NCBI GenBank assembly: GCA_907165135.1
Contig: OU015567.1
Span: 14,942,001-15,006,000, forward strand
Length of the DNA: 64,000 nucleotides
Reading direction: 5' to 3'
Source of the DNA: Oikopleura dioica
Lineage: Eukaryota > Animalia > Chordata
The notes under the pieces are model-generated. The model was not told where the DNA came from, ran no database searches, and saw nothing but the letters and a program-made list of their open reading frames with translations. A program made the position numbers and the translations under genes. Of this stretch, positions 51,901 to 64,000 are shown one piece after another (position 1 is the stretch's first letter; each line of letters starts with the position of its first letter).

Positions 51901-54009
51901 ATCCGCGGACGCGTCATCCAGTTCTCAACCAAGAACGAACTGAGAGTCTACATCGAATATCCAATCGGTAAGCTTACGTAATGCTTGAAACGTCACCCGG
52001 TGAAATCGTTATCGTCATGTTTTCGAAAGCCGCGGTAGATGCGCATCAAGATCGACCTTATTTCCTAAACATCTCTTCATAATATTTTCGATATTAGAAA
52101 AGTTTCGGAAATAAGGCCTAAAAGTTCGTCTTTACTGTAAAGATTATACACCCTTACAATCTTTGCAGCCCGGAAAGGGATCGACAATCTTCATAGAAAC
52201 CTGAGTCAGGGTCCTGAAAAAGCTGAAAAGACTATAATTTATAAACAGATTTAGATTCTGACTCTTGCTTTCATTTCAGGACCTTGACTCACTTTTACTA
52301 CAGATTAGGTGTATATTGTTGAATATTAAACCTCTTTTGTTGCCAGAAAAATAAGCGCCGCGCTACATTCTGTTTGGCCTTTTGTGTCTCACGACAAATG
52401 TCTGCCAGAATTGCACTAAATTAAGCTTGTTTTCATTCAATAAACGGCCAATTTATCGATGAGGGCGTACTAAGCATTTCAGTGTTTTTATTTTAAATAC
52501 ACTCCTAACTAGCGCTTTCCTGGCCTCGCCTTCTAATAATTACAATTATAATCGTTTCCCCGAATACAGAATTTCTTTGAAGACAATGAATCAATAAATT
52601 ATGTCTAGGATCGACGAAAATCTTCAAATCTGTGCAAACTGTCGCGCATCAAATGGCCCTAGACGCAGTCGGCGGAAATATGGAAAAGATGACTCCCATC
52701 TCTGGAAACGGATACAAGGACATCCAGTATGAAGTGAAGCACAGATCAGACGACTGGCGGTTGCTAAGTGATCTGCTACCGGAAGGAGTGCGTCGCTTCC
52801 AGGACCCAGTCCAGCCCGAAATGCTCCCGACAAAATACTCGGATCCAAACGCTCCCACGCCACCAGTCAAGGCGGAGCCAGGTGACTCAGATCAAGGTGA
52901 ATACATTTTTTTAATAGAACAGAAAAACTTTTTTCTTCTTAGCATTCATGCATCTTACTTTTGCAAACAGACAAGTCCTAGTCTAGCACATTGAGGTGGC
53001 TCTAAAAGTAGAATAGAATCGCATGCCCTATAGTTTCGCTATTTTCGAATTTTGAAAACGAACGTTGATTTCAGGCTCCGACAACGAGATAGAAGTTGTC
53101 CAGCCATCCCCAGCGCCGATCAAACGACCGCATCACAGCAGCGAAGACGGGCCAGAGCGAAAATGGGCAAGACCCGAAGACCGTGACCCTGTAAGTTAAT
53201 GCCCCTGTTTCAAATGTCTTTGGACATTTGTTCGTTGTTGTTGAAACTTTGAAAGATAAGCGTATCTAACTATTTCATGTAGCGAGCATCTGCTTCTCCC
53301 AAAGCGCCGCCATCACAAAAGTCCAACTCGCCTCACGCGGTAACTCTCCCAAAATCATTGTCAGGAAATGAATTCGAATTCTAGAGCTCTCCGGATGGCA
53401 ACATGAATGGTCGAACTGACAACGCCCAGCTGCTCTGCCATCTTTGTAAAAATCGCCTCGAAGCTTCTCATTTCGTCCAGTGCCCCTCCCAGCAGCTCCA
53501 CAGGTGCGTCTACTTGCCAGTGCTGATTCGTGTTAACTTTTTCTTCCTTCGTAGATTTTGCTTTCCGTGCTGTCAACGGACGATCCGCCGTTCGCTGAAC
53601 GAGAATCCGACGACAGAAGTGTTCTGCCCATCTGGTGTGCGATGTGCCATTGCCGTAAGTTTCTATAAGATATGAATCTAACACGTGAGCTTGGGCGACA
53701 CTTCCGCTCACCTCCTCCCAGGAGAAAGAGGCTTTCCAAGGCGTAGAAATTGATCTTCTGAGTTTCGATTCCTCTAAAAGGAAAATTGTTAAACGTGATC
53801 ATTTTTTGTTACTCAAATTTCGTTACTGGTGATTCAGAAGCATCAGATCCAGCTTGAGGATTTCCACTCGCTTTATCTGTTCTTGCGCAACTCATTGAAT
53901 CATTCAGGGATCCCAAAATCCATGGGCCTTCATGCAAGCGGAAATCGAAACGATCCTGGACCGAGCGAGTCATGTGGCCAGCTCTCAACCCTCGCTGACA
54001 AATGGCTAA
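45998..54009 (+). CDS. IRF2BP: Interferon regulatory factor 2-binding protein (IRF2BP1/2/L family)
   Basis: Exon 1 MDQRGAMSVPGQPAPNIK(R) joins in phase 2 to VTCYLCETQKLPWAV..CRSCVNFEGIDR (C4 zinc finger); mid domain CVPFRVRFRKD..ELRVYIEYP..DWRLLSDLLPEGVRRF; RING LCHLCKNRLEASHFVQCPS..FCFPC..EVFCPSG..NPWAFMQAEIETIL. Confidence 0.93.
47335..47493. mobile_element. MITE family A copy in IRF2BP intron 1
   Basis: ACCTGTGTAGAAACCTGAGTCAGG ... CCTGACTCAGGTTTCTACACAGGT. Confidence 0.9.
48047..48188. mobile_element. MITE family A copy in IRF2BP intron 2
   Basis: CTGGGCTCAGGAACC..GCCTGAGTCAGGG ... CCTGACTCAGGC..CCAAGCCC. Confidence 0.8.
50466..50543. mobile_element. MITE family A, TIR-only minimal copy
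   Basis: ACCTCTGTAGAAACACTGAGTCCGG..CCTGACTCAGGATTCTCCACAGGTTGC. Confidence 0.7.
51029..51103. mobile_element. MITE family A, TIR-only minimal copy
   Basis: CTAGACTCGGCAACCTG..CCTGAGTTAGGG..CTCAGGTTTCTTCTCAGGTTGCC. Confidence 0.75.
51693..51779. mobile_element. MITE family A, TIR-only minimal copy
   Basis: AACCTGTGAGCAAACCTGTG ... CTCAGGTTTCTACACAGGCTTCCGAGCCCAG. Confidence 0.75.
52175..52295. mobile_element. MITE family A copy (degenerate)
   Basis: AGAAACCTGAGTCAGGGTCCTGAAA ... TTTCAGGACCTTGACTCAC. Confidence 0.7.
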
Positions 54010-55374
54010 AAACAACCTCCTGGTAGCTTCAAAATCTACAAATACCCAACTGCACTCAGCCTGACCGACTGACGCCTAAAAAATACCGCAGCCGACAAAA
54101 GAAAAAAAGAGATATTCTAAATTTAAATGTATCTAAAAAGCCCCTTTTCATTCACTCAAAAAAACCGCGCTATTTCCAAACAGAATTGAAGTCGCTTACT
54201 GTAAGTGTTACGTAACTTCACGATGAACTCGGTGCTGCACACGCCTTAGGGCATGCTAGTAAAAAAGATAACTTTCTCACTCTGTCCCCTTCTCTCTGTA
54301 GATATATTTTTCTGTTGCATTTTTTTCACTTTTGAATATTATTATTTTAAAAATAGGCGTTTTATTCACCGCTGCCAGAAATCTTTATTCAAAGGTGTAC
54401 CCTACTGATACGGGAATAGTTTGATAAGAAGAACTAAAGGACCCTATTTTTTCAAAGTCGTTTTACGAGGTTCGTAAATATCGATTTTTCGGGGTCATTT
54501 TCAAAATCCAGCGCTTCTCGAAATTCAGCTTTATTATTTATAAATATTATTTATATATCAAAACTTATTCTATACAATAATGTATCATATGCATTCAAAA
54601 ATGGTGCCACGCTTAGTAAAGTTCAACTTTTCTTGTTTTGTTTATTATTATTTTGTTTATTTCGGTAGACCACCTCAAGTTCACTTTCAAGTTGACTTTT
54701 TTAAATGTATTTTCTTTTGTAAAAATATTATATTATTGTGTTAATCTGATTAATAAAATTATATTTCCACTACTTCGCTAGTCCCATTTTTTGTTAAAGC
54801 AATTGTTTGAAACTTCTTTCTGGTTCAAGCCAGCAATTGAATTTATTTTCTTTGTTTATTATTATTACTATTTTTTCTTCCGGAAATGAAAATAAAAAAA
54901 TCATCCTCTTATCCGTCTCAGTTTCCTTTTGGGCCAATTTGAGGAAAATCGTGAATCACTAGTTTGATAATATTGAAAATAAGACCAAATTAAAAGATTT
55001 TTAGAGTACCATTTTTCATATTCGGTGGATTAATGAGGGTATCACGATGATATGAGGTCAGATCTTGGAAAATTACTTACTATCGCTGAGATAAAGCCCG
55101 AAATTAGGAACTCTTGTTCATAATTTCGGACTTCATCCATGCGATGCCCTAAATAATTTTCAAGATATGATTTCATATCACTGTGATAACCTTAAAATTG
55201 CGCCTTGAATATGAAAGATGCCACTATAAAACTTTACAAACTTGAATTTCTTTTTCAGTTGGAATTTTTACTTGAAAATTCTTGGAAATAATGAAAAAGT
55301 TTCTAGAATGTTCTCTTCAACTGAGTTTTTGAAAAACAAGGAACCTTCAGTTTCAAAAATTCAAAAAACTGAAA

Positions 55375-57237
55375 ATGCCGGAAAGAAAGATGCTGGGTGT
55401 CTTCTCCGAGATGGCGAATAAAGTAAAAGAAAGGAATGCTCAAAGAAAACGGGCAAAAACGATAGGAGACAGGGCGATTCGGACAGAATTCGTGCCTGAT
55501 GAGTTTTTTCGCCTCCCTCCGCTCAGGTAATTTTGAGGCGATTTTCCCAAAACGCCAAATTGACTTTCAGGGACGCCCATCCAAAAGAAGAAAAGCCCCT
55601 CTTTCTGGCCAAGCTAAAATACTGCAGTCACCTGTACTCCTTCGAATCCAAAGATCCGCAAACAGTGCGCAAACGAAACAACAAATCTGAAACTGTAATG
55701 GAACTCGCAGAATACGCCAAAGCGTCTAATTTGATATTCGACGAAGAAATCCTTCCAGAATTTATAGAAACGATCAAAGTCAATATAATCACAGAAATTC
55801 CTGAATACGATGACGACGACGACGAAATTTTTAAAGTAAGAACCTCCTAATAGGGGCCCTTTTTTATTCTTGTCGTTTAGGAACCACAATTCGAGCACAT
55901 CGGCTTCTTCCTCAACATCCTGGCGCTTTTCATGGGAAACAAGCACATGAACCCAAAAGAATGCAAAAAATACATCAACACATCATTCATCGACGACCTC
56001 TTCAAACAACTTCACCACCCGGACGAGCGAATCCGCGAAGGCATAAAAACTATCATTCACCAATTCTACGTTAAATTCGTCGGCCACAGGACTTACATTC
56101 GCAAGAGCATGCGCAACTTAATCCTCACCTTTGCGTACGAAGATGAAAGCTACAGGGGCATCCCGCACATACTTCAAGTCCTCAGTAGCATCGTCAGCGG
56201 GTTTTCAACGCCACTAAAGTATGAACACAAGGTTCTTCTTCTCAAGGAACGGTTTTTGAATAAAATTACCGCGATTATTATTTCTGACGAATTTTCGCTA
56301 GAATTCCACTCGTTACTGAAGAATTGCTGCAGAAAATTGAGAAGCTGCTTGCGGCTTCAAGTAAGAGAAAATTGAAGCCACGCGATTTAATTTTATTTTG
56401 CCCGAATGTTACCCAAGAAAAAGTAATTTTTTGAATGTATCTTTTTCTCAAACCATCGTAAGGTTCTTTTACCGCTTCATGCTTCGACCAAATTCACCGA
56501 CTTCTCGTCCAGTATGAGTTTCTTGATGATCCAATACGCGCAAAAAGATCCCTCTCTTTCAGCCATCATTCTTCATTCAATCCTACGAACTTGGCCTCTC
56601 GCGAATACTCCAAAAGGTAAATTTCCCACCTTTTTTTTCTTCATCACTTCTTATTTAGAACTTGAACTCCTTGAAGAAGTGGAAGAAATACTGAATAATT
56701 GCGATGCAGATGTTTTCCGAGAAGTCTGTCTACCTCTCTTCAAGCGGCTGGGAAAATGCATGGGCAGTCAACATTATCAGGTAGAAAAAATGTTCCCAAC
56801 CTTGTTCTGATCTTGTTTCCCCAATTCAGGTGGCGGAACGGAGCTTGTATTTCTTGAACAAAACCTACATCCTGGCGCTAATCGAGGAAAACATCCAGCA
56901 AGTTATGCCCGCCATTGTACCCGAATTAGTTCAAACCGCCTCGAATCACTGGAATCATTCGATCGTCCTTCTCGTCTGCGAACTGCTCCGCTCGCTGATG
57001 GAACTCGACGAAGACCTGTTCTCTGATCTCGTCGCTGAATTAGACCAAGAAGCAGAATCGACCGTCTCGATAGATTCGTTGGATCGGCGCTCAACAGCGA
57101 GGAAAACGATTCAAGCTGGAATGAACCGCGCTTCCGACTTGAAAAAGCGAGAATCAGCTGCTTCTCTCTCGCCAAACAGGAATTCTGGTTCGAAAAACGA
57201 CAAATACGTTCGCCGAAGTGCTGGCCGGCAGAAATGA
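55375..57237 (+). CDS. PPP2R5: PP2A regulatory subunit B56 (divergent)
   Basis: LFLAKLKYC; FIDDLFKQLHHPDERIRE; KTIIHQFYVKFVGHRTYIRK; VLSSIVSGFSTPLKYEHK; VLLPLH; KDPSL; RTWP; QHYQVAERSLYF; HWN. Confidence 0.9.
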
Positions 57238-57365
57238 TTGATGAAATTTTATTTACCTGTATATTTATTATTTTATTTTTCTATTTTTGTACACTATTTT
57301 TTCAATAATAAAAATTTTTATCAATTTTTATAAGATTGTATCTGATTCTGAATTGAGAATTTCCA

Positions 57366-59230
57366 ATGAAGCTGGTTTTTGTTGCAGATGATCTTGGTTA
57401 CTGCCCAGAGCGTAGTCGGGGGATAATTGAACTTCTTGAATCTGGGTTAGGGTCAAAGATAATAAAATAGGGGCAGCCCCTTTGATGTCCATTTTGACCC
57501 ACTGAATAGTAAAATTTCGCGGGCTTCGCTGATGGTGAATGTTGAGCAGTACTCGCTAGAAGCTGCAAAACTTTGCCTGCCCTTTAGAGATAAGATTGGG
57601 CTGCATTTTAATATCACGGAAGGAGGGCCACTTTCTCGGCCTGTACCGCAAACTCTGGTTGATAAGGAAAACTGCTTCTTAGGAAAGAAGGGCTTCTGGA
57701 GCGCGCATGATAAAATGAACCCGGAGGAGATTAGGCAAAGAGGGATTTCGATAAATTTCAAGGAAACTTTTTAAGAAATATTTATTTTTCTAAATCCTTG
57801 TTTTTCGATCAGAGCTCATCGCGCAGATTAAGCGATTCAAGGAGATTTGCGGCTTCTTTCCTGCGCATGTGGATGGACATCAGCATGCCCATGTTGCGCC
57901 CAATGTTTGGAATGTTTTTATCGCGGAGCTTTCCGGCTTTGGAATTAAACTCACCCGGCTGCCGATTGAGATAGGGCTGGAAAGCCACTTCGCTGAAAAT
58001 AAACTCGGCCAAGCAAGGAGCGTCTTTTATAAACAAGTCCAAGATTATGCTGAGGCGGCGAAAGGGACCCTGCCTGCAGACATCAAAGAAAAGGCACACT
58101 ATTTGTAGTTTTGCGCAACACAGGCTTTTTGAAATATAATGCGTATTATGTGCCCGATAAATGGCCCTCCCATTTGTAGGACAGGAATTATATTCTTCTT
58201 TTGAAGTACCGTGGTTTTCCGTTTTAAGAGCGCCCACTTTAAGAGCGTTTTTGCGTATATTTTGAAAATGTTGTCATCTGCCAAAATTCCAGTTTAAGAG
58301 TGTTTTCGAAGATTTTTATTAATAATCAAAAAATTTTCAGACTTACAGTAAATCATTTATTTAAAAATTTTGAAATCTTCGACTGTTTTTCTGGCCATTT
58401 TGAAGTCGAATCATTCGCAGTGTCGGCACTCTCTATCTCTTGAACTTGAGGTTCCTCTTCAATCTCCATCGGGGTCGCGGCTCGTGTTTTATCGATTTGA
58501 AGCGCCAGAAAATGCTCGACCAGCTCTTCCTCGTCTTCTTTCTCCAGCAAACTTTCCAAAACATCCAAGTCCTCAAAATCTTTAACAGCTCCTTCGAATT
58601 CTTCCTCCTTGATCAGCCCAGTATTGATCCAAGAGCGCTTGAAGATTGCTGGATTCATATTCATGAAGATTTCGTTCGCTTTGTTCACTAGATCTTCCTC
58701 CTTGATGTTCAGATGATCATAATCGACGATGAAATCGTAAAGAAAACATCGGATCTTTTTTTATTGTAATTGCAGAACACAAGGTTGACACCGGGAACAA
58801 CACACCACTGTCATCCTACCTTGATTGAAAAATTTCCAATATAAGAGCGATTTGAGCGAGGCCTGTCATCCAAAAAACGCTCTTAAAATGGTAAACCACG
58901 GTAGAAAGACAAGTGTTTTGAATAATTCTCTTACTAGGGTACACAGTTATGGGACAAGATCTTACGAAAGAGAACATAAGAGATGCTATTTCCAAGTCAG
59001 AGTTATAATTTACCCACTCAAAATTGTAAAATTGTTTCTTGAAGAAACATGAATTAAGTTCTTAACAACTCATCCCACAGCTGCCTGACAGTACAACTCA
59101 CGTTGAAGTGATGACTCACCCTGGTTACTGCAGCGTACCAAATAAGGGTGGACTTCCTGTTCCCGATGATTTCAGCCTCAGCGACGATAGATTCTTTGAG
59201 TTATCCCAATTGAAGACTTTCCAAGAGAAT
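57366..59230 (+). CDS. YDJC: YdjC-family carbohydrate deacetylase
   Basis: MKLVFVADDLGY; ASLMVN; GLHFNITEGGP; ELIAQIKRF..HVDGHQHAHV; EVMTHPGY..DDFSLSDDRFFEL; one internal junction (~58085-58180) unresolved. Confidence 0.88.
58209..58901 (-). mobile_element. Internally deleted pogo/Tc2-type (Tc1-mariner superfamily) element in a YDJC intron
   Basis: TA-CCGTGGTTTTCCGTTTTAAGAGCG ... CGCTCTTAAAATGGTAAACCACGG-TA; the - strand carries LVNKANEIFMNMNPAIFKRSWINTGLI, resembling a pogo DDE C-terminus. Confidence 0.8.
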
Positions 59231-59310
59231 TCCGATTTTTTTCTGAAATGAAATTTCGGACTGTATTTCTAGAATCTTTACATGGATGGTTTTAGACAAC
59301 ATCTGAAAGG

Positions 59311-61138
59311 ATGCTGGAACGGATCGGGCGTCAATTGATGGCGGGTCGGGGTCGATTGCGAGGCTTGGCGGAGCGAGTCTTCGTCAACAACCAAATTGAC
59401 TTGTCGCGAATTTCCACCTTTGGCTTCGACTACGATTACACCCTTGCGGAGTACAAAGGTAGTAAATTCAAAATTTCATTTGAAAGTTAAAATTGTAAAA
59501 GACACAATTTAGTTCCAACGCAAAAGTTCATCTTCGACACCGCTAGAAATCGCCTAGTGAGCAAGTATGGCTTTCCGCCGAACATTATGAAGTTGGATTT
59601 CAATCCCGATTTCATCATCAGAGGACTGTTCTATGATCCGAAGAGGTGTGTGATGATGAAGCTTGATTCTTATTCCGTCATTGACGACAAGGCAGGATTT
59701 TAACAATTGAGAGAAAAGCCGCGATTCTCATTTCTTACTGACTAAATTTCCGGAAAGAGAATCGCGGACCGATTCGCGGTACAATGCAATTGTTATAATC
59801 TGTGAACAGGCTGCTTTTCGCGGACTAAAAGCATTAACAGAGAGTGAGCTCGACGAACTGTACTCAACAAGACGAATGGGAATACACCGAGTAGATCCGA
59901 ACTTTGTCAAACGCGGACGTCAATTTTATCAAGTTCTGGACGAGTTTTCTATTCCCGAAGGATATCTTTTTTCAAGGAAAGGATCATTTTGAGGAGAAAG
60001 AGGAAAGCTCAAATTTCAGAGAGTGATTCTATAAAAAAGCGTATATCAATTTTTCGAAGATAATAATCTGCGCTTCGACCCGATTCTAATGTTCAACGCG
60101 ATCCGACAAGCCATCGCTGATGTTCACATTTCAAGAACTCTTTACCACGAGGTTATCAACAATTTAGACGAGCATCTGGAAAAGAACTCGATGCTGAACG
60201 TCATTAGGTACGAACGCGCCTCTGTTCTAATTGACCCTAGGTGAATTTAATTAGTTAATTAATTCAGTCACTTATCTTCATCAAAGAAGCTTTTCGTCAT
60301 TTCGAACTCGCCATTCTGGTTCATTGACGCTGGAATGAAGCATCTTGTGGGAAAGGATTGGCGTGACGCCTTCGAAATCGTCATTACTGAAGCAAAGAAG
60401 CCGTCGTTCTTCCTTGAGGATCGACCGTTTTTGGAAATGCAAGATGGCTGCAGAAATGGGAGAGCTTCGTTTGAGAAGAAATCGAACTGGCTAGCTGCGA
60501 ATAAGCTTGAAAAGGGAAAAATCTATTATGAAGGCTCGCTTGCTGAATTTGGTCGACTGACGAACTGGGATCAGAAGTCTGTGCTTTATTTTGGGTAAGA
60601 TAGAAGATTGAAAATTTAATCTTAAATTCGCTAGTGACCAAGTAAATGCGGACTTAGCCGAGCCAAGTCTTCGATTTGGCTGGAGAACTGCAGCAATTAT
60701 TCCAGAGCTCGAAAAAGAAATCGCTGTTTTCGAGGGTTCCAAGTTCAAGCTCCTGGTTCATCGACTCAATGAGCTAGAATTCGAGTATCACAAAGTTGCT
60801 GACCGAGATTCTTACTGCGGAAGCGCCGCTCAAAAACTTCTCAAAGAAAGAAGAGACATCAAAGTAAAGAAAATAATTTTAGAGAATCTCCTTTCGAAAT
60901 TCCCTTTAGGATGATTTGAAAAAAGCTTTTGCTTCACCATTTGGCTCGATCTTCCGCTCAGATCTTTCAAGAACCCACTACGCCCGTCAAGTCGAGCGAT
61001 ACGCCGAGTTGTACACTTCTTCAATCCGAAATCTGGACCAAGTAAATCTTGACAGAACCTTCTTTCCTCCTCGACTGACGCTCGGCTACGATCACAGACT
61101 CAACTCCTTGTGGATGCTTCCTGACGAAGAACTTTAGC
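59311..61138 (+). CDS. NT5DC: 5'-nucleotidase domain-containing HAD hydrolase (NT5DC2/3-like)
   Basis: VFVNNQIDLSRISTFGFDYDYTLAEY; IRGLFYD; NSPFWFIDAGMKHLVGKDWRDAFEIVITEAKKPSFF; LYFGD; GWRTAAIIPELE; FGSIFRS..RQVERYAELYTSS. Confidence 0.92.
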
Positions 61139-61331
61139 GAGCGTAACCAACAAGTTCCTACCAAGACAAAACTATCTATCTCGTTACCTTTATTCTTCAA
61201 GCTTCCTCTCTTCTTTTATGTTTACATATATTTAGAGTTGTTTTCTATCATTTCTACTGATCTTTTCTGTAATTATTATCTTATCTAATAAACTATCCAA
61301 TAAAATTTAAAAATGTTCCTTTTTCAGTAGC

Positions 61332-62867
<1,536 letters not shown>

Positions 62868-62929
62868 AATAAATGATTACTCCATCCAATCATTCTTATG
62901 TTTAAGAAAGACTGGCATTTCACAGGCCT

Positions 62930-63398
62930 ATGCAATCAACGAAGACAACGGTAATGAGAATCTTTTTGCACTCATTAAAATACAAATGCAAAATTGTAGG
63001 GCATTATGTCAAGCTTGTAGACTTCATAAATTATCTAGCAAAAGAATTGTCTGGCAGAAATAGCGGGAAGCGCTCGGGTAGCATTCTAGTGAAAATTTGT
63101 GAACAAGATGATGCAGAAAAGAATTATAAATCATAGAGATCTCCCTATTTTCTGTGGTGTATTAATCGGCCTGGTACTTTTTGCTTTCATGATGGTATGC
63201 GTTTTTTAAATATCTTTGCCTAAAGTATTCAAGTGGAGTTTTGGAGTGAACATCGAACTTGAGAAAAAAGCAAAACAAGAAGAGAAACAGCGGCGAAAAT
63301 CTGAGAAACTTCGTAGTCAAAGATGGAGAGATGTTAATAACATGCGGCGGAAAAACTCGAATTACAATAATTACATTATCATTGAAGATGATCACTAG
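62930..63398 (+). CDS. Orphan ~125-aa protein, probable last gene of the cluster
   Basis: ATG preceded by TTTCACAG; 45-nt and 31-nt GT-AG introns join MQSTKTT..GSIL | RSPYFLWCINRPGTFCFHD | VFKWSFGVNIELEKK..IIIEDDH*. Confidence 0.45.
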
Positions 63399-63675
63399 TA
63401 TTTTTATGTAACAAACACAGAATAAAAAATATAACAACCGCTCAAAATTCCTGTCTCTGTTGAGAATAAAATCGAGGAAAATATTTGAAGCCAGTCTTGT
63501 TTTACAATTTTGATTCAGTGACCTAGAAAAGCAGTCGATAAAAGTTCTAATTTCAAGGAGTTTCGACACGCGCTATAAATCACGATTCTGATCGCAGAAG
63601 AATTTCATGGACTGTAAACTACTTTATCAGAGCGTAAATCTGTTTCACCAGCAGGTGGCTGCCCAACAATTCTGG

Positions 63676-63683
63676 TATAAAAA
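63676..63683 (+). promoter_or_regulatory. TATA box
   Basis: TATAAAAA ~100 nt upstream of ATG 63776, followed by an A-rich leader. Confidence 0.5.
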
Positions 63684-63775
63684 GAAGGACTAGGCACAAG
63701 GAACTCATCAAATCATCTTTTCGCTTCTTTTTCATCCACAAAAAGAAACACAGAGACAAACAAAAGACACTCAAA

Positions 63776-64000
63776 ATGAAAATCTTCGCTCTCTTCTTCG
63801 CCTTCACTGCGGCTTTGGACGAGATGCTTCTCATGATGATGATGCAGCAACAGCAACAAGTCGCTCCGGGCCAGACTTCGCAAATGAACATGATGCTTCC
63901 CCTTCTTCTTATGGATTCAGACAACAACTCGACCGACAACTCTCTCGCTCTCATGATGATGATGATGCAAGGCGGCAGCACTTCGGACATGAACTCGATC
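63776..64000 (+). CDS. Secreted Met-rich low-complexity protein (truncated by window end)
   Basis: MKIFALFFAFTAALDEMLLMMMMQQQQQVAPGQTSQMNMMLPLLLMDSDNNSTDNSLALMMMMMQGGSTSDMNSI...; signal peptide; no stop before 64000, so absent from the ORF track. Confidence 0.8.
   Translation, partial: MKIFALFFAFTAALDEMLLMMMMQQQQQVAPGQTSQMNMMLPLLLMDSDNNSTDNSLALMMMMMQGGSTSDMNSI

Noticed and set aside
63619-63990. 123-aa - strand ORF with CCCCCIII runs
   Set aside because: Antisense shadow of the Met/Gln-rich + strand gene

Overview
Compact, AT-rich eukaryotic (animal) genomic DNA, most likely the larvacean tunicate Oikopleura dioica or a close relative. This is an inference from high gene density, 30-60 nt introns, many GA-AG introns, operon-like co-oriented genes and TTAGGG tracts. 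Recognisable genes: calcyphosin-like EF-hand gene (-), a small ISG20/REXO4-type DEDDh exonuclease (-), tRNA-Gly(GCC), PCTAIRE kinase CDK16-18 (+), an SLC13 transporter (-), POLDIP3/SKAR (-), a kinase/papain-like fusion gene (-), IRF2BP (+), an operon-like run PPP2R5-YDJC-NT5DC-TGS1-orphan (+), and the start of a Met-rich secreted protein. About 24 copies of a palindromic MITE family (8-bp TSD, hAT-like) and at least six other small element families pepper the window. Best leads: (1) a MITE copy whose insertion created a precise GA-AG intron in a conserved calcyphosin exon (introner-like behaviour), with a second candidate case; (2) a head-to-head pair of paralogous 40-aa micro-ORFs missed by the ORF track, with mirrored promoters and 3' motifs; (3) a probable pseudokinase fused to a papain-like Cys-His-Asn domain. 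Exon boundaries were read by eye and no database search was possible, so orphan gene models are tentative.
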